Source: Vicugna vicugna (lineage: Eukaryota). From it: a DNA stretch of 64,000 bases. The notes below the pieces were generated by a model, which made no database searches, had not been told where the DNA came from, and saw only the letters and a list, made by a program, of their open reading frames with translations. Below are positions 11,601 to 24,151 of this stretch, in pieces. Numbering within the stretch: the stretch's first letter is position 1; the number at the start of each line of letters is the position of its first letter. The position numbers and the translations under genes are program-made. The stretch is taken from NCBI GenBank assembly GCA_013265495.1, contig MU057700.1, positions 62,001 to 126,000 of the forward strand. The letters run 5' to 3'.

Positions 11601-13480
11601 AAGTTTTAAAGGGAAATGAAGGAATAATCTCAGTTAATCATTGAGATAGGTGGTCAGAGTTCTTGCCATCTCCCAAAGCCTGCAGGCTTGTCCTAATCAA
11701 CTACTTGAGCCTGCTCTTCTGTGACTCAGGGAGGCCTGAGAGACTTCAGCTTTTCTATAAACAAGAGACAGGGGTTGTGGGGGGTGGGGGACGGGACGCC
11801 ACAGGTCCTGCTAATAAGTTAAGCACAGTCATAGACTACATGATCAACATACAGAAATCAATTGTATTTTTATGTACTAGCAATAAAACATGTGGAAATA
11901 TAAATTTGAAATACCATTTATGATAGCTCAAAAAATTAAAATTACTTACATATCTCACATATCTAATAAAAAGTATGTAGGACTTGGATGCTAAAAACTA
12001 CAAAATGCTTATGAAAGAAGTCCAAGAAGCTCTAAGTAAATGAATAGACATACTGTGTTCACATATTGGAAGATTCAACATAGTGAAGGCAAATGTCAAT
12101 TCTCTCCCAAAATGATACTAGGATTAATACAATTCCTATCAAAATCTCAGCAGTATTTTGATTTTGCCTTTTTTAGGGGGTGGGGGGATTAGGTTTCTTT
12201 CTTTCTTTATTTACTTTTAGAAGAGGTACTGGGGATCGAACCCAGGACCTTGTGCATGCTAAGCATGCTGTCTACCACTGAGCTATACCTACCCCCAAGC
12301 AGTATTTTTTTAATAAATATAGACAAACTGATTCTAAAATTTACATGGAAAGTCAAAGGAACTAGGATAGCCAAACAATTTTGAAAAAGGTGAATAATGT
12401 TGAACTCAGACTGCACTATTTTGGAAATTAGCATAAAGTTACAATGAAGACAATGTAGTAATGATGAAAAGATACACATATAAATTAAGGGGACAGAGTA
12501 ACTAGTCCAGGTCCAGACCCACACAAATTTTTTTTCTGATTTTTAAAAAATTTTTTACAATACAGCAAAGGCAATTCAGCAGAGAAAGTAGTCTTTTCAA
12601 CAAATGGTGATGGAACAATTGTATATCCATATGCAGAAAAAAAAGAGAAAGAGAGAATATTGATTTAAACCTCACACCTCATTCAAAAGCAAAAAAAAAA
12701 ATAAACCTCAAAATAAATCTATACATAAAATATAAAAGTGTAAAACTTTTAAAAGAAAATACAGGTGAAAAATCTTTAAGACTTAGTGTTATGCAAAGAG
12801 TTCTTAGATATAACACCAAGGATCTGTATTTTCAAAGCATAAAGAACTATTAAAACTCAATAGGAAGGAAAGAACCCAATTTTTTTAAATGGGCAAAACA
12901 CTTGATCAGATAAATACCTTAAAAGGGTTATGGGGATGATAAGTAAGCTCATGAAAAAATAATCAACATTATGAGCCATTAGTGAAATGAAAATTAAAAC
13001 CATGACAAAATATGGCCATATACCCCTACAGAATGGCTAAAATACTTTTAAATGTTTTAAAAGATGTTAAGAAGATGTAAAGCAATCAGAACTCTCATAT
13101 ATTGCTAATGAGAATGCAAAATGGTACGGACACTTCTGGAAAAGTTTGGTAATTTCTTATAAAGTTAAATATTTACTCATTATATAATCTAGCAATCCCC
13201 TTGGGGCTAGGGAAATAAACTGGTACAACTGTCTTAGAAAGTGTCCTTATGTGATGAAGTTGAATGTGGGCAAACTCTATGACCCAGAAATTCCATCATA
13301 GGTACAGAAGCCAAAAGTAAGTCTGGCACGTGTGTCCCAGAAGACATGTCCTGATTCAAAGCATCACTGTTTACAATACGCCAAACTAGAAACAGCCTGT
13401 AAGTCCTTTAACAGAACAGTGGAGAAATAAATTGTTGCCTGCTTATCAAATGGAATACTTAGCAGCAAAAAGTACTACAG
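8635..13480 (+). mobile_element. Second old L1: 5'UTR, ORF1 and fragmented ORF2/3' end
   Basis: caggacaagatggag start; ORF1 relic (LSDKEFKAAI...EILELKNTITKIKNS); RT motif LFADDMMCYTENPK at about 10835-10875. Interrupted by SINEs (about 10091-10235 +, 12175-12296 -) and LTRs. Confidence 0.8.
10944..11810 (-). mobile_element. LTR insertion(s) nested in L1 ORF2
   Basis: Interrupts the L1 motif aaaactcctagaac^taataag. LTR-like composition, probably two nested LTR pieces. Confidence 0.6.
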
Positions 13481-13802
13481 CTTTATGCTTGGTTTTGGAA
13501 TAATTCTGTGAAAACAACAGAAGAGGTTAACTAACCAAAGAAAGGCACTTAAGAAAACATGGAGTAGGAAAACAATACATAAAGAATCCAAAGACATGCA
13601 GAACTGTTCAGTACATTTTTCTGTGGGACACAATTTTAGTCAAATTATGAAGAAAAGCAAGCAACTGACCAACATAAAATTCAAGATAGAGATGGGAGGA
13701 GCTGTGATGATTAGGACTACACAAAGGATCATAAAATAAAAGGCAGTGTTCTACTTTTCCTTCTTTTTTTTTTTCATCCAGTAGTCTTTTATTGGTCACT
13801 TA

Positions 13803-14286
13803 TGTGAACAAAAAATACAGCAAGCCATATCAGTAAACAAAGAATGTTGTGGCCATCAAGTCATCAGCCGCTACCACCAGCCCTGCCACTCCCTGCCAGT
13901 GAACTCAGGATGTAGACCAGCAGGCAGCCAGGCCTGAGGGACACCCTGACGGACGTGAAAGAACAGGATACTGGCCCTAGATAGCTAGGTGCATGTCAAA
14001 GGAATGTTTTCAAGAAGCCCAGACATTTGCACCTTCCCATACATAGAAAAGCACTAAATTCCTTAACTTGAGCTATCTGGTTTTCTTTCATTAACAGTAA
14101 TCTTTTGATGGTCCAGCTACCTGGTCTTTGTTTTTACTCTTATATATCCTGGCTCCTCCCCTACCTCTTTGGATCAGTCCCTCACTGCGATCAAGGGTTC
14201 GTTCAAAGGGTTCGATTCCTCAGAAATGTCCACTGAATAAAATATAACTCTCAACTTCTACGTTGTGCATTTTATTTCAGTAGACA
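13803..14286 (+). mobile_element. Solo LTR (ERV1-like)
   Basis: TG...CA ends, TATA-like tatatat about 14141, AATAAA about 14237, imperfect 4-bp TSD ctta/cata. Confidence 0.75.
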
Positions 14287-14649
14287 CATATGCCAGGTAC
14301 CAACATTAGAAAAAAAAAAGGTCAACCTAAAACAGTCTGTTATTTTTTAGCTTGCCTCTTCCCATAGTTTCTCTCACTACTCTACTGATCCACAATCACA
14401 GATGAAGGCAGCTTTACTGGTAACAGATCTTACAAAAAAGGAACACTCAATCAAGAGGCAAGAGAGCCATTGATAAATCCCTCCAAATACAGAAGTATCA
14501 GTCAGCAATCACTGTACCAACTGCCCAGAGCTTCACATACAGCGTCCCTTTAAGCCTAAGATTATGCCACGTTGTAGGGGAGGAGACAAGTTCTAAGAGA
14601 ATTCAACCTTGTTTGAAACTAGCCCAGGTACTATAGAGTAGACTACAAC

Positions 14650-15302
14650 TGTTGCCAACGGATGTAACTGGTGTTCCAGGTTCTTGTCCCAGAAAGAATT
14701 CAGAGACAAGAGGTGGAGGTTTAAATAAAGTAAAGTGAGGATTTATTAAGTAATGAATAGTATACTCTCAAGGGGAAAGCAGGCGGGCTCAGGTGAGCAG
14801 CTGCTGCAAGATTCTTTGGCAAGTTGGTTACGTAGAGTGTAAAAATGAACGGGCAGAATATTTATTGGGGAGGGAAGGGTCTGGCGTCATATTCCCTGAT
14901 TTTCATCCCAACTCCACCTTCCCAAAGGGAGGAGGGATTCTTTCCTTATTTAGGTTGGATCAGAAGTGTCATGACGTTGGTGCATGATGGGTACTTCTAA
15001 TCTGCAAGGCTAATTTTATTGAAATGAGGGGATAATAAGCAAAATGTTATAGTCGGACACTAGAAATTCCGGCCTTTTCCCACCTTTCTTTGTTAGCCTC
15101 CAGGCTGCTCATCATCCGCAAAGGTGTGACCACTTAGCCCAGAGGTTCCTGCTTTTCCTTCTCTGCCCAGGGACTGCTGGTGCTTACATGATGTATCGTT
15201 TCCTGCATTGGGCCTGTGTCTCTCCTTTCTGCCCAACTCCTGCCATTTGGCATGCATCCCCCTTTCTCTGCTCGTATCTATAGTTACCTGCCTGCTCTAA
15301 CA
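14650..15302 (-). mobile_element. Solo LTR (ERV1-like)
   Basis: tgttg...taaca termini; minus-strand AATAAA (tttatt about 14742). Confidence 0.7.
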
Positions 15303-15419
15303 CAGGAACTGTATGGAGAGCTTCATTACTACTATTCTTTTTCCAACTACCAAGACCAGTATTCAGAACCAATGGGAAGGGGAACCTGAGAGTAGAATTT
15401 TATTTCTTAAGATTAATGA

Positions 15420-15535
15420 AGGAGGGAAGGTATAGCTCAAGTGGCAGAGCGCATGCTTAGCATGCAGAGGTCCCAGATTCAATCCTCAGTATCTCCTCCA
15501 TAAATAAATAAACCTAATAACCCCCTCAAAAAAGG
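15420..15535 (+). mobile_element. tRNA-derived SINE
   Basis: ggtatagctcaagtggcagagcgcatgcttagc...; flanked by aag(a/g)ttaatga repeats. Confidence 0.85.
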
Positions 15536-16354
15536 TTAATGATGGGTACACAGATTCTAGGTTGAGCTGTATTCTTTACACCTTCGAGATATGTTTTACA
15601 ATATATCTATGTCATCTTTCTTAATTTTAAAGTGGGAGAAAAATAACTAAACTAAAAAATCTTGATAATAAAGAAAAAAATACGAGTGTGGGACAAAACC
15701 CTGGATCTACTCCCACAACCTGCTGAATGCAGGCTCATTCCAAGATGATTTGCCAAAAAGGAACCAGTGTAAAATGTAGTCATGAATATGACTAGAAAAA
15801 GAGAAAGAAAAGCAAATGGCTGACTACACAAATGCTGCAGCAAAGTGTGACCAAGAGGCAAAGGAACTCAATTAGGAAATATTTCAGACTGATGGATTTA
15901 AATTTAGTGAAGCTGATGAAGGAAGAACACAGAGAAGAGATGCAGATACAAAAGGAAGAACTAAAACTCCTTGGATTAGAAAAATTCAAAGGTTTGAACT
16001 ATTTCCTTAGGAAACAGGAAATGGGTAGGAGAAAAGCTTTTGAGTAATAAAGCCTCGTGCAAGCTTGGGAGTCTTTAAATATGTGACTTATTGCCTTAAG
16101 AAATAAAACAATGTTTTCCTACCACGGCTGCACCGTTTAAGGTGTCCTCGCAGGCAGGCGCAGACCTCTCAAACCTCCAGGTCCTAGGATGCGGATCCGT
16201 CTAGGGCTCCCCCAACATCCCTCCCCTAAAAAAGGGATTTTCCTCAAACTCGTCCCCTTCCGGCTCCTCCGGTCTCCGTCTCCCGGGGTGGGCTGGAGAC
16301 TCCTCCACTGAAGCCAAGGATACTCTTTGCTGCCTCTGCAAAGAACGACTCCGC

Positions 16355-17280
16355 CCCCATCCCAAATCGCAGACCCGCTGTCCCTACCCCCAGAGTCCCC
16401 AGTTGGTCAAGGGGTGCTGGTCTCGAACACGCTTCCCGTCCCACCCCTCAGCTCGGGTTTCGAATCTCCACCCTCCCGCTCTTATACACACCCAGCACCT
16501 CGGTCGTCCCTCTGAGCACCTAGAGGACGGAACGCGGAGGCCTAGCTGAGGCATTTTAGGCTAATTTATCATCACCATGGAAACCCCTAGGCGGGGCTCC
16601 TAGGGGGCGGAGCCAGGGGCGAGGCTAGCCGTAATCTTTAATTCCCGCTCGTCGTGCGCACGTAGCGCACGGCGCACGCAGCGCACGGAAGTGGCGTGCC
16701 CTGCCACCCTCGGCCCTGCGCCCATGCACCCGGCAACAAAAGCCCTAGGAGCCTGCGTCCCCGCCCCGCTTCCGGGTTCTCTCCAAACCCCACCTTCTTC
16801 TCCAGGAAGATGGGCGCAATCCTACTTGCAAAATCGAGCGGGAAGGACGCAAAGACTACGGCGGGGCGGGGCCCCAGTGGCGGGTGCCTGGGGGCGGGGC
16901 CGCAAGGGCCCCATGTGTCGCTCCTGGAGCGGAGCAGGGGATTAGTCGGCCAGGCTCGGGGCGGGGCCAGGGCTTCGGAGGGCGGGGTGCGGCGGGGGCG
17001 TGGGTGAGTGTGGTTGTGTGGGCGAAATTCTGGAGGCGGATCGTGGAGCAAGCGGCGGGAGGTGGGGGAGGTCTTATCAGGGGAGGCAGCGGGTTCGCAG
17101 AGCGCTCCTTAGCCACTGAAGCTACTGACTCGCAGTCTCCAAACAATGAGCCCAAAGAGCACTTGATTGAAGACCAGCGTGACAGAAGAAAATGAGAGTC
17201 ATTGCCTGACAAGGAGAAAGAGGGAGCCGAGAACCCCCGAGACCAATAAAGGCGGCTCCGAGGGCAGAACTTTAGGAACG
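16355..17280 (-). promoter_or_regulatory. CpG-island promoter, inverted paralog of the HNRNPF distal promoter/exon A
   Basis: Reverse complement matches 37390-38310, e.g. gactctcattttcttctgtcacgctggtc, gtctttgcgtccttcc, gtttccatggtga, taggtgctcagagggacgac, ccaactggggact. CpG-rich with GC boxes, CGGAAGTG and GCGCA repeats. Confidence 0.9.
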
Positions 17281-17746
17281 GGCGCAGGCTGCGCTCTCAG
17301 CTCTTGGGTCGCTACTCCGCACCGTCAGGTGACCTCACCTGGCTACTTCAAGGGGTTCCTTTGGCGGGCAGGGCTTTCGCCTCAGGCCCGATCCTCAGAG
17401 ACAAAGTTCTAGGTTGTCAACTCTTAAGACCTTCACTTCTGTAAGAAACGCGCCATTTCAGTGTCATTTGAGTTCTTGCTACATCCGGGCCAACTGTTTT
17501 TGCTGTAAACAAGACAGACTGAACTTTCCATTCTTTGGGAGAAGTTGTTTGTTAAGCACACATACACAGTCGGAATTAGCAGTATCGGGGACCAAGAGTT
17601 GTAATATTCTGCAGCAAAAGCTGCTAAGCAAATCTTTTGCTTTCTGTCTTATGATCAGATTCAGCGCTAAGAAGAAAAGGAATCCTGAGAGCCACCTTTG
17701 GTGACCTGAATGTCCTGATCAACATAAGCAGATCATGGAATTTTGA

Positions 17747-18160
17747 TGTCAGGTGAGGTCTCTCTCTGAGGAGATGGAAGGTGGGGATAATTAGACTAAT
17801 CATGCCTGAACAGTAAAAAACACAATGCAACCACAAAAAAGATGACCAAACATCCTCTCCCTAGCTAACATGAGTGTTGCTTCTCCAATGACAACTCTAG
17901 CCCTACTCCATTCCTCCAGCTTTCCAGATAAGTGTATCACTGAATTGCCCTTACTTTCTGACAGCACCAGAACAGATCCCTGTCTCTTTGGGCCCTCCCC
18001 AAACTAACACAAGCCCAAATACTATAATAAACCCTCTGATTTACACCCCCTTCGTGAGATACCCCAGGGTTCCCCAGAGTGTGAGGTCTCCCTCACTACA
18101 GCATACAACCCTTCATTGTTGGACCATGACTGTGTTTTGGTAGTCTTTGGTGGGCATCAC
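17747..18160 (+). mobile_element. Old solo LTR
   Basis: TG...CA ends with LTR-like U3 (ccagataag, tactataa) and U5 (ggtagtctttgg) text. Confidence 0.5.
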
Positions 18161-18927
18161 CAGTATGAAAACGTATTTATGATTGCACATAGCCGTACAA
18201 AAATAAAACCTTAGAGTCTATACTCTAATGAGAACTCAAAACATTAATGTTAATGGTAAAATGGGGCAAGCTCTTAGTATATAAAAATCTTCTAAATGCA
18301 ATGTGAGATTGAGGGGCTACACTCTTCTGGGCATGTAGCCATAGTCACTGAAAGTGACCACGCCTGGCCTAGGTCCTGCCCCAGTATTTGTCATCACATA
18401 GACAAAAGGAACCCCAGGATTTCTGCCTGCTTTCAGAGTGGGAATAAGCTGTAAGTGGGTAAGAATCACAAAGGTACAGGAGGAGAAGTTGTGTTAAGGA
18501 AGCATTGTCAAGTTTAAGAAGAAGGAATGAAATTGGACTCTGCAAACACATTACCACCGCTGAGCTTTCCCTGGTGTGGTGTCACACAGTCCCCATCCTT
18601 CATCCCAGGCATGGGAGTTGATACTCTAATGGAAGGCATCAGGCTATGATACACCAACAAAACAGAAAATAGGATACCCAAGCCTGGACACCAGATAGTC
18701 ACTGAGGGACTGGATATAGCAGTCCAGGTTTTCTCAGTAACAGTGGATAGAGATTTTCATTCAGGTAATCCTCCCGTAGTAAAAGAAAGATGGATATAAA
18801 TATTAGGGACAGAAGACACAATGAAAAGTATTTGTTTGACTTACAGTAATTGGGACTCCAGAAGGAGCTTGTCTTCCAGAATCTGATGGCTTTCATTATG
18901 TGGTGGGAATAGTGTCTACCCTTACAG

Positions 18928-20750
18928 CAGTGCTGGCCAATAGAAATATAATGTGAGCCACAAATGTAATTTAAAATTCTTCTAGTAGCCACATTTACAA
19001 AAGTAAAAACACAGGTAAGATTAATTTTAATATTTTTATTTGTATCAACATATTCAAAATATAATTTCATATGTAGTCAGTATATAACATTATCAATGAG
19101 ATGTTTGATGTTCTTTTCTCCTTCTTTGAAGGCTGGTGTGTGTTTTCCATTTATAGTACATCTCCATAAATTTTTTTAATCAGGAATTTTAATTTTTATT
19201 GGGAATACTTAATGTATATTTAGATTTCAAAAAATTTACAGTTGAAAAAGCAGACTCATATATCCATGTTGTTCCAAACATACTTAAAAGTTTTCCCATA
19301 ACTGGATTGAGTATGAGTTTTTATTTTAAATTAAAGCAAGGATGTGGAGAAATTGGAACTCCTGTGTGTTGCTGATAGAAATGTAAAATGGTGCAGCTGC
19401 TATGGAAAACAGTATGACAACTAAAAAAATTAAAAAGAATTGTCATATGATCAAGCAATTCTGTTTTCTGGATATGTACTCAAAAAAATTGAAGGCAAGG
19501 TCTAAAAGAGATATTTGTACACCAATGTTCACAGCAGCATTATTTATAATAGTTGAAAGGTAGAAGCAACCCAAGTGTTCACTGACCATTAAATGAATAA
19601 ACAAAATGTGGTGCATACATAAGAGGGAACATTATTCAGCCTTTTTAAAAAGGAAGGAAACTCTGAGACATGCCACTATTACTGAGTCCAAACTTGTTCT
19701 GCTCACCACACAACAGGCCAGTAAATCAGGAGATGAGGTGTTGGGGCAAGGAATAATGACTTTATTCAGAAAGCCTGAAGACTGAGAAGATGGCAGACTA
19801 ATGTCATGGAGAACCATCTTACCCAAGTCAGAATTTAGGCTCCCTTTATACTAAAAAGGGGGAGGGGTGTGGTTGGTTGTTCCAAACTTCTTGGTGTCAG
19901 AATCGTTTGTTTTTATAACTGTCCAGGTAGGTCAGGTCATGGTGTCCCTGTAAACCTCCAAGACAAATGTTATTTTCTATTCTGCAACTTTTTATCTTAT
20001 ATGAATGGGAAAGTGTTAAATCCTTAAAGATCAGAGCCTTGAGAACGGGCTGTCTTTGTATATTTCAGGCTATAGGAAACATTTTTTACAAAAGGTACAG
20101 AACTTGCATGACTAAGCCCAAGAAACAGAGCACAGGGTTAGAGCCAAAGAAACGGATCTAATATGGAGTCAGATTTGTTCTTCTCTATTACACTACAAGA
20201 CGGATGAACCTTGAGGACATTCGGCTATGTGAAAAGAGCCAGTCACAAAAAGACAAGTACTATATGATTCCACTTACATGAGGTATCAAAAGTAGATTTA
20301 TAGGGCCAGAAAGTAGAATGATGATGTTGCCAGAGACGGGGAAAGGTGGGAAATCGGGAATTGTTCACAGGTAAAGAGTTTCATGTTTTCAAGATAAAAA
20401 TGAGTTATGGAGGTTGCTTGCACAATACTGAATGTACTTAACATAGTGAACTTAGAAATGGTTAAGATGATACATTTTATTTATTTTTTTAAAATACTTT
20501 TTAAGAGCCATTTCTTTATTTGGGGTTTTTGGGGGGGGGGTAGGTAATTAGGTTTATTTATTTATTTTGAGAAGATACTGAGGATTGATTGAACCCAGGA
20601 CCTTGTGCATGCTAAGCATGTGCTTTACCACTTGAGCTATACCCTCCCCGCCCCCATAAATTTTATGTTGTGTATTTGACAAAATAAAAAGTCAGGTCCT
20701 CAGTCATACTAGCCACATTTCAAGTGCTCAACGAACCTGTGTGGCTGAAT
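18928..20750 (+). mobile_element. MER33/Charlie-type hAT element with nested L1 3' end, LTR (19677-20192) and SINE (about 20510-20650)
   Basis: Starts cagtgctggccaatagaaatataatgtgagccaca and ends ctagccacatttcaagtgctcaa. L1 3' text runs about 19340-20660; the LTR has imperfect TSD ccac/ctac. Confidence 0.75.
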
Positions 20751-23739
20751 GCCTGTCCCCCCACCAACCTTACCACACAAGACAGCTTTACACTGAAGGA
20801 AAGGAGGAACTGAAATCCTATCTGTACACCAGAAATTGATACATTGTAACTGACTATACTTCAATTAAAAAAATCCGATCTTCAACTAACACCCTGAAAG
20901 AACTGCCCTATGGCTCTGTCTCTGCTGGAAGCCACTGGCTTTCTTCACTCTGCCTGGAGGATTAGAACCTGTTTTTTCAGTCTTAGGTGTGGTACTCCTA
21001 CTAATTACTTCAGAAAAAAGTTTTTCCTTGAGGGAGTTTCACTTGTATACAGAAGGAAGTGCAGCCTTCTAAAACGCTAGCCCTCCCCGTTAACTCTGTG
21101 GGTGTAGTATTTCTCAGAAGAAACGCACCAGATGCTTCCTCTAACTCCGTTTGCCACCCTGCGAACTTTTATCCCACAATGGATTATTTCACTGTGATCC
21201 AATGTCCAAGATTTAAAAGCAGCTTTTTGTAAAATCTCATTTGTGAATAGCAAGAGATTTGAAATCTCAGGGACAGAAAGATGAAGGAGAGGTATGAAGC
21301 ATCACCAAGGTTTGCCATTGACTTTCCCTCTAGGGCCTAAGTGTGATTGGCTTTTATTTAAAGCTTTCAGTACAGTTTAGGGTCCCTCACAGGTGCTTAA
21401 CATAAATTTTAGACAAGGATTGACTGGAGTCATTATTTTTATTGCAATCTTCATATTTTAGTCCTATGCGATTTAATCGAATTTTCTGTTTCAGAGTTTT
21501 TAATGAAATGTGACCCTGAGAAAACTTTTTCTTTTCTGAAAAGGCATGATTGCATACATGCTGTGCTCTTTCAGAAAAGGAAAAAAAAAAAAAAAAAAAA
21601 AAAAAAGCTTTGTGGTAAGCTAAGCTGTCTAAACACAAAGAACAATTTAATTCTCTTTATCTTCCATACCATTAAGCATGGAGCTCAAATAAGTTCTCAA
21701 AAAGTATTTGCTGATTGCTAGAAGTGCTTCTTCAGTAGGTGTTCATGTGTAATCTAAATGAAATTAATCTGGTTTTATTTTAAAAGGTTTAAATGTCTTT
21801 GTTGCTCACCAGTAATCAAGGGTGGGGACCAAATGTAGTTACTACTGTGTCCAGAGCAGCTGGCATAGTCCCCTGCCTGAAGGAAGAACCAAAATAAACT
21901 GCTTTGAAATGAATATCTAATTGCACTTATTAATCCTTAGGAAGAATTCTCATGTAAATATACTAAGTGTTTAAAAAGTAGAGCAAAAGTGAGGTTTTCA
22001 ACATCGCTCAGATTTTATAAACGTAAAGTCACATTTCAAGGGCACACTTGCCCAAGTGAGTTCAGTGTCAAAAAGAACCATGCTCACAGAGCTCAGCCAT
22101 GTAAAGGGGCCTGTGTCAGTCGTGGTCTGGATGAATGAAAACCAACTTTGTGACTCTTAAATCAGCCAGAACCCCCCATAGAAAACAAAAAGTTCATAGT
22201 TAACATTTTCAGGAAATGGCCACTTGCTTTTTTTTCCATAGTAAAGTGAAAGCAAGTTTATTTCGAGAGATATTCATAGAAGAATGCAGTCTGTCTCAGA
22301 AGGGACAGTGGCTTACAAATTGCTTTTTATTGCATTTACAGATTTCATTTATTATAGATTATTATCTTAGATTTATTTATAGATTTAATATTCACGATCA
22401 CATTGTAGATTGAGTCAGGTGGCCCTCTCACTTAGAGGACAAAAGAAAGGCCTTTGCCATTAGTAACTTGTAGTTGTCACTTAGCAGACGTCAGACTGGC
22501 CAGGAAAGAAGAGAAAGTTATGGTTCAAATGCCTTATTTCACTGCTGAAGAGACTCAACTCTGGCAAGTTAAGTGATTTTTCCAAAGTTGCCCAAATAGT
22601 AAATGGTTGCATAGAAACCTGGAGTACTTTGATCCCATTCAAATGGTCGTCCTCTTAAGTCAGACTAATTCTTTGCTCTGTGTGTGTGTGTGTGTTCCTT
22701 GCTTTGCACGGCAGCATGGGCTTGTCAGAGTGGCCATGCAAACTGAAACCACGCAAAGCAATCTTAATACTCAGTGGGGGAATATTACCATCGTTCGGTG
22801 ACCTTTGAAATTTTTTACCAAAACATTTAAAACTCTCTTGACAGTTATATATGTGTATTGGGAAATGAACATAATACTAAAACTAATATTTATTTTGTAT
22901 TATATAACTTACTAGAAACATTGAGCATTAAAGTGTTTTATTTATAAAAACTTACCAAGAGTAGTCTAAACAACACTTGCTGCTTCTTTCATTGTATAAT
23001 TTACGATAGAGCAAGCATCTTTTCAGTGCCTTGGTGAATTGTCATACCCCTTTATAAAATGTTGTCAGCTTCCAACATTTTATCCTTTCCACTTTTAATG
23101 TCATGAAATATCTCCAAGAAGCCGTGAATGTGAAGTTTTTTGCCAGCATCACATCCTCTAGGACACCTTCATCTTTTTCATCACACTTTTCTCATTTCTG
23201 CTGATAAGTTTTCCTTCAACGGGTTCCTCTAGTTGCAGATCTAGTCTCCTGAACAGCAGCAGTGTCAACATTCCTCCATTCAGCTGTTTCTTCCATAAAT
23301 CCATTTACGCTCGATTCCAGTTTCACACCCAGCACTCACTTTTCATTTACTTGCTGCACTTTCCTCTTTGTTGGTCAGTTCCCCCCTTTTTTTTTTTCAT
23401 TATACTGTTTAGTCTCTTTATTTTTCTGTATTTTTGAAAATTTCCATAATAAAATAAGTTTTTTAAAATAAGAAGTGTTTTTTGATACTATTATAAAACA
23501 TCAAAAAATTCTTTTTTTTTAAATGAAGACTTCCAGGCAGAAAAAATATAACTTTCTGAAGGACCATTAACTAGTACATTAAGTTAAATCGTATAACAGT
23601 TAGTTAGAAACTGACAAATATAATTTTTAAAATATTATATGAATTACTGAATATTAACATATCAATAAAGGACCACTGAAAGTTGGAATTTTAAGCCAAA
23701 AGCAGAAAACTTTGATAAATTTAACTTCAATTCTAGGTA

Positions 23740-23965
23740 TGAGTGTGGTGTCTGGGGTCAGCCAAATCTAGGTTTGTATCCTAGTTCTGCCCTTTTCTAT
23801 CTACTATTCTATCTACTAGATAACTAGAGTGATTCTGGCAAATCATTTAACTTCTGTGAACCTCAGGTTTACATCTTTAAAGTGGAGGTGAAAAAATTCA
23901 TCAGTAGAGAGAGCACTTAGCACAGGGCCTGCCATATACTAAGTGCTGAGCAAATAAATAATTCC
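23740..23965 (+). mobile_element. MIR
   Basis: ggcaaatcatttaacttctgtgaacctcaggtttacatctttaaagtgg...agcacttagcacagggcctg. Confidence 0.7.
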
Positions 23966-23967
23966 AC

Positions 23968-24151
23968 TACCCTATTTTGTCACTTCTAAATGAACATTTT
24001 TTTGTATTCTAACATCTCTGAAGTTGGGATACAACTCATAATTGATGGGATATCATAGTTTAATTCACAGAATTTTTCTTTCTTTAGGAGTATGTAAAAT
24101 AATGGTGCATACTACAAATGGATAGCATCTCAGTTTCAACCTAATATGGTA
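23968..24151. mobile_element. TcMar-type MITE (MER104/Kanga-like)
   Basis: taacatctctgaagttgggat...ataatggtgcatactacaa with degenerate terminal inverted repeats. Confidence 0.5.
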
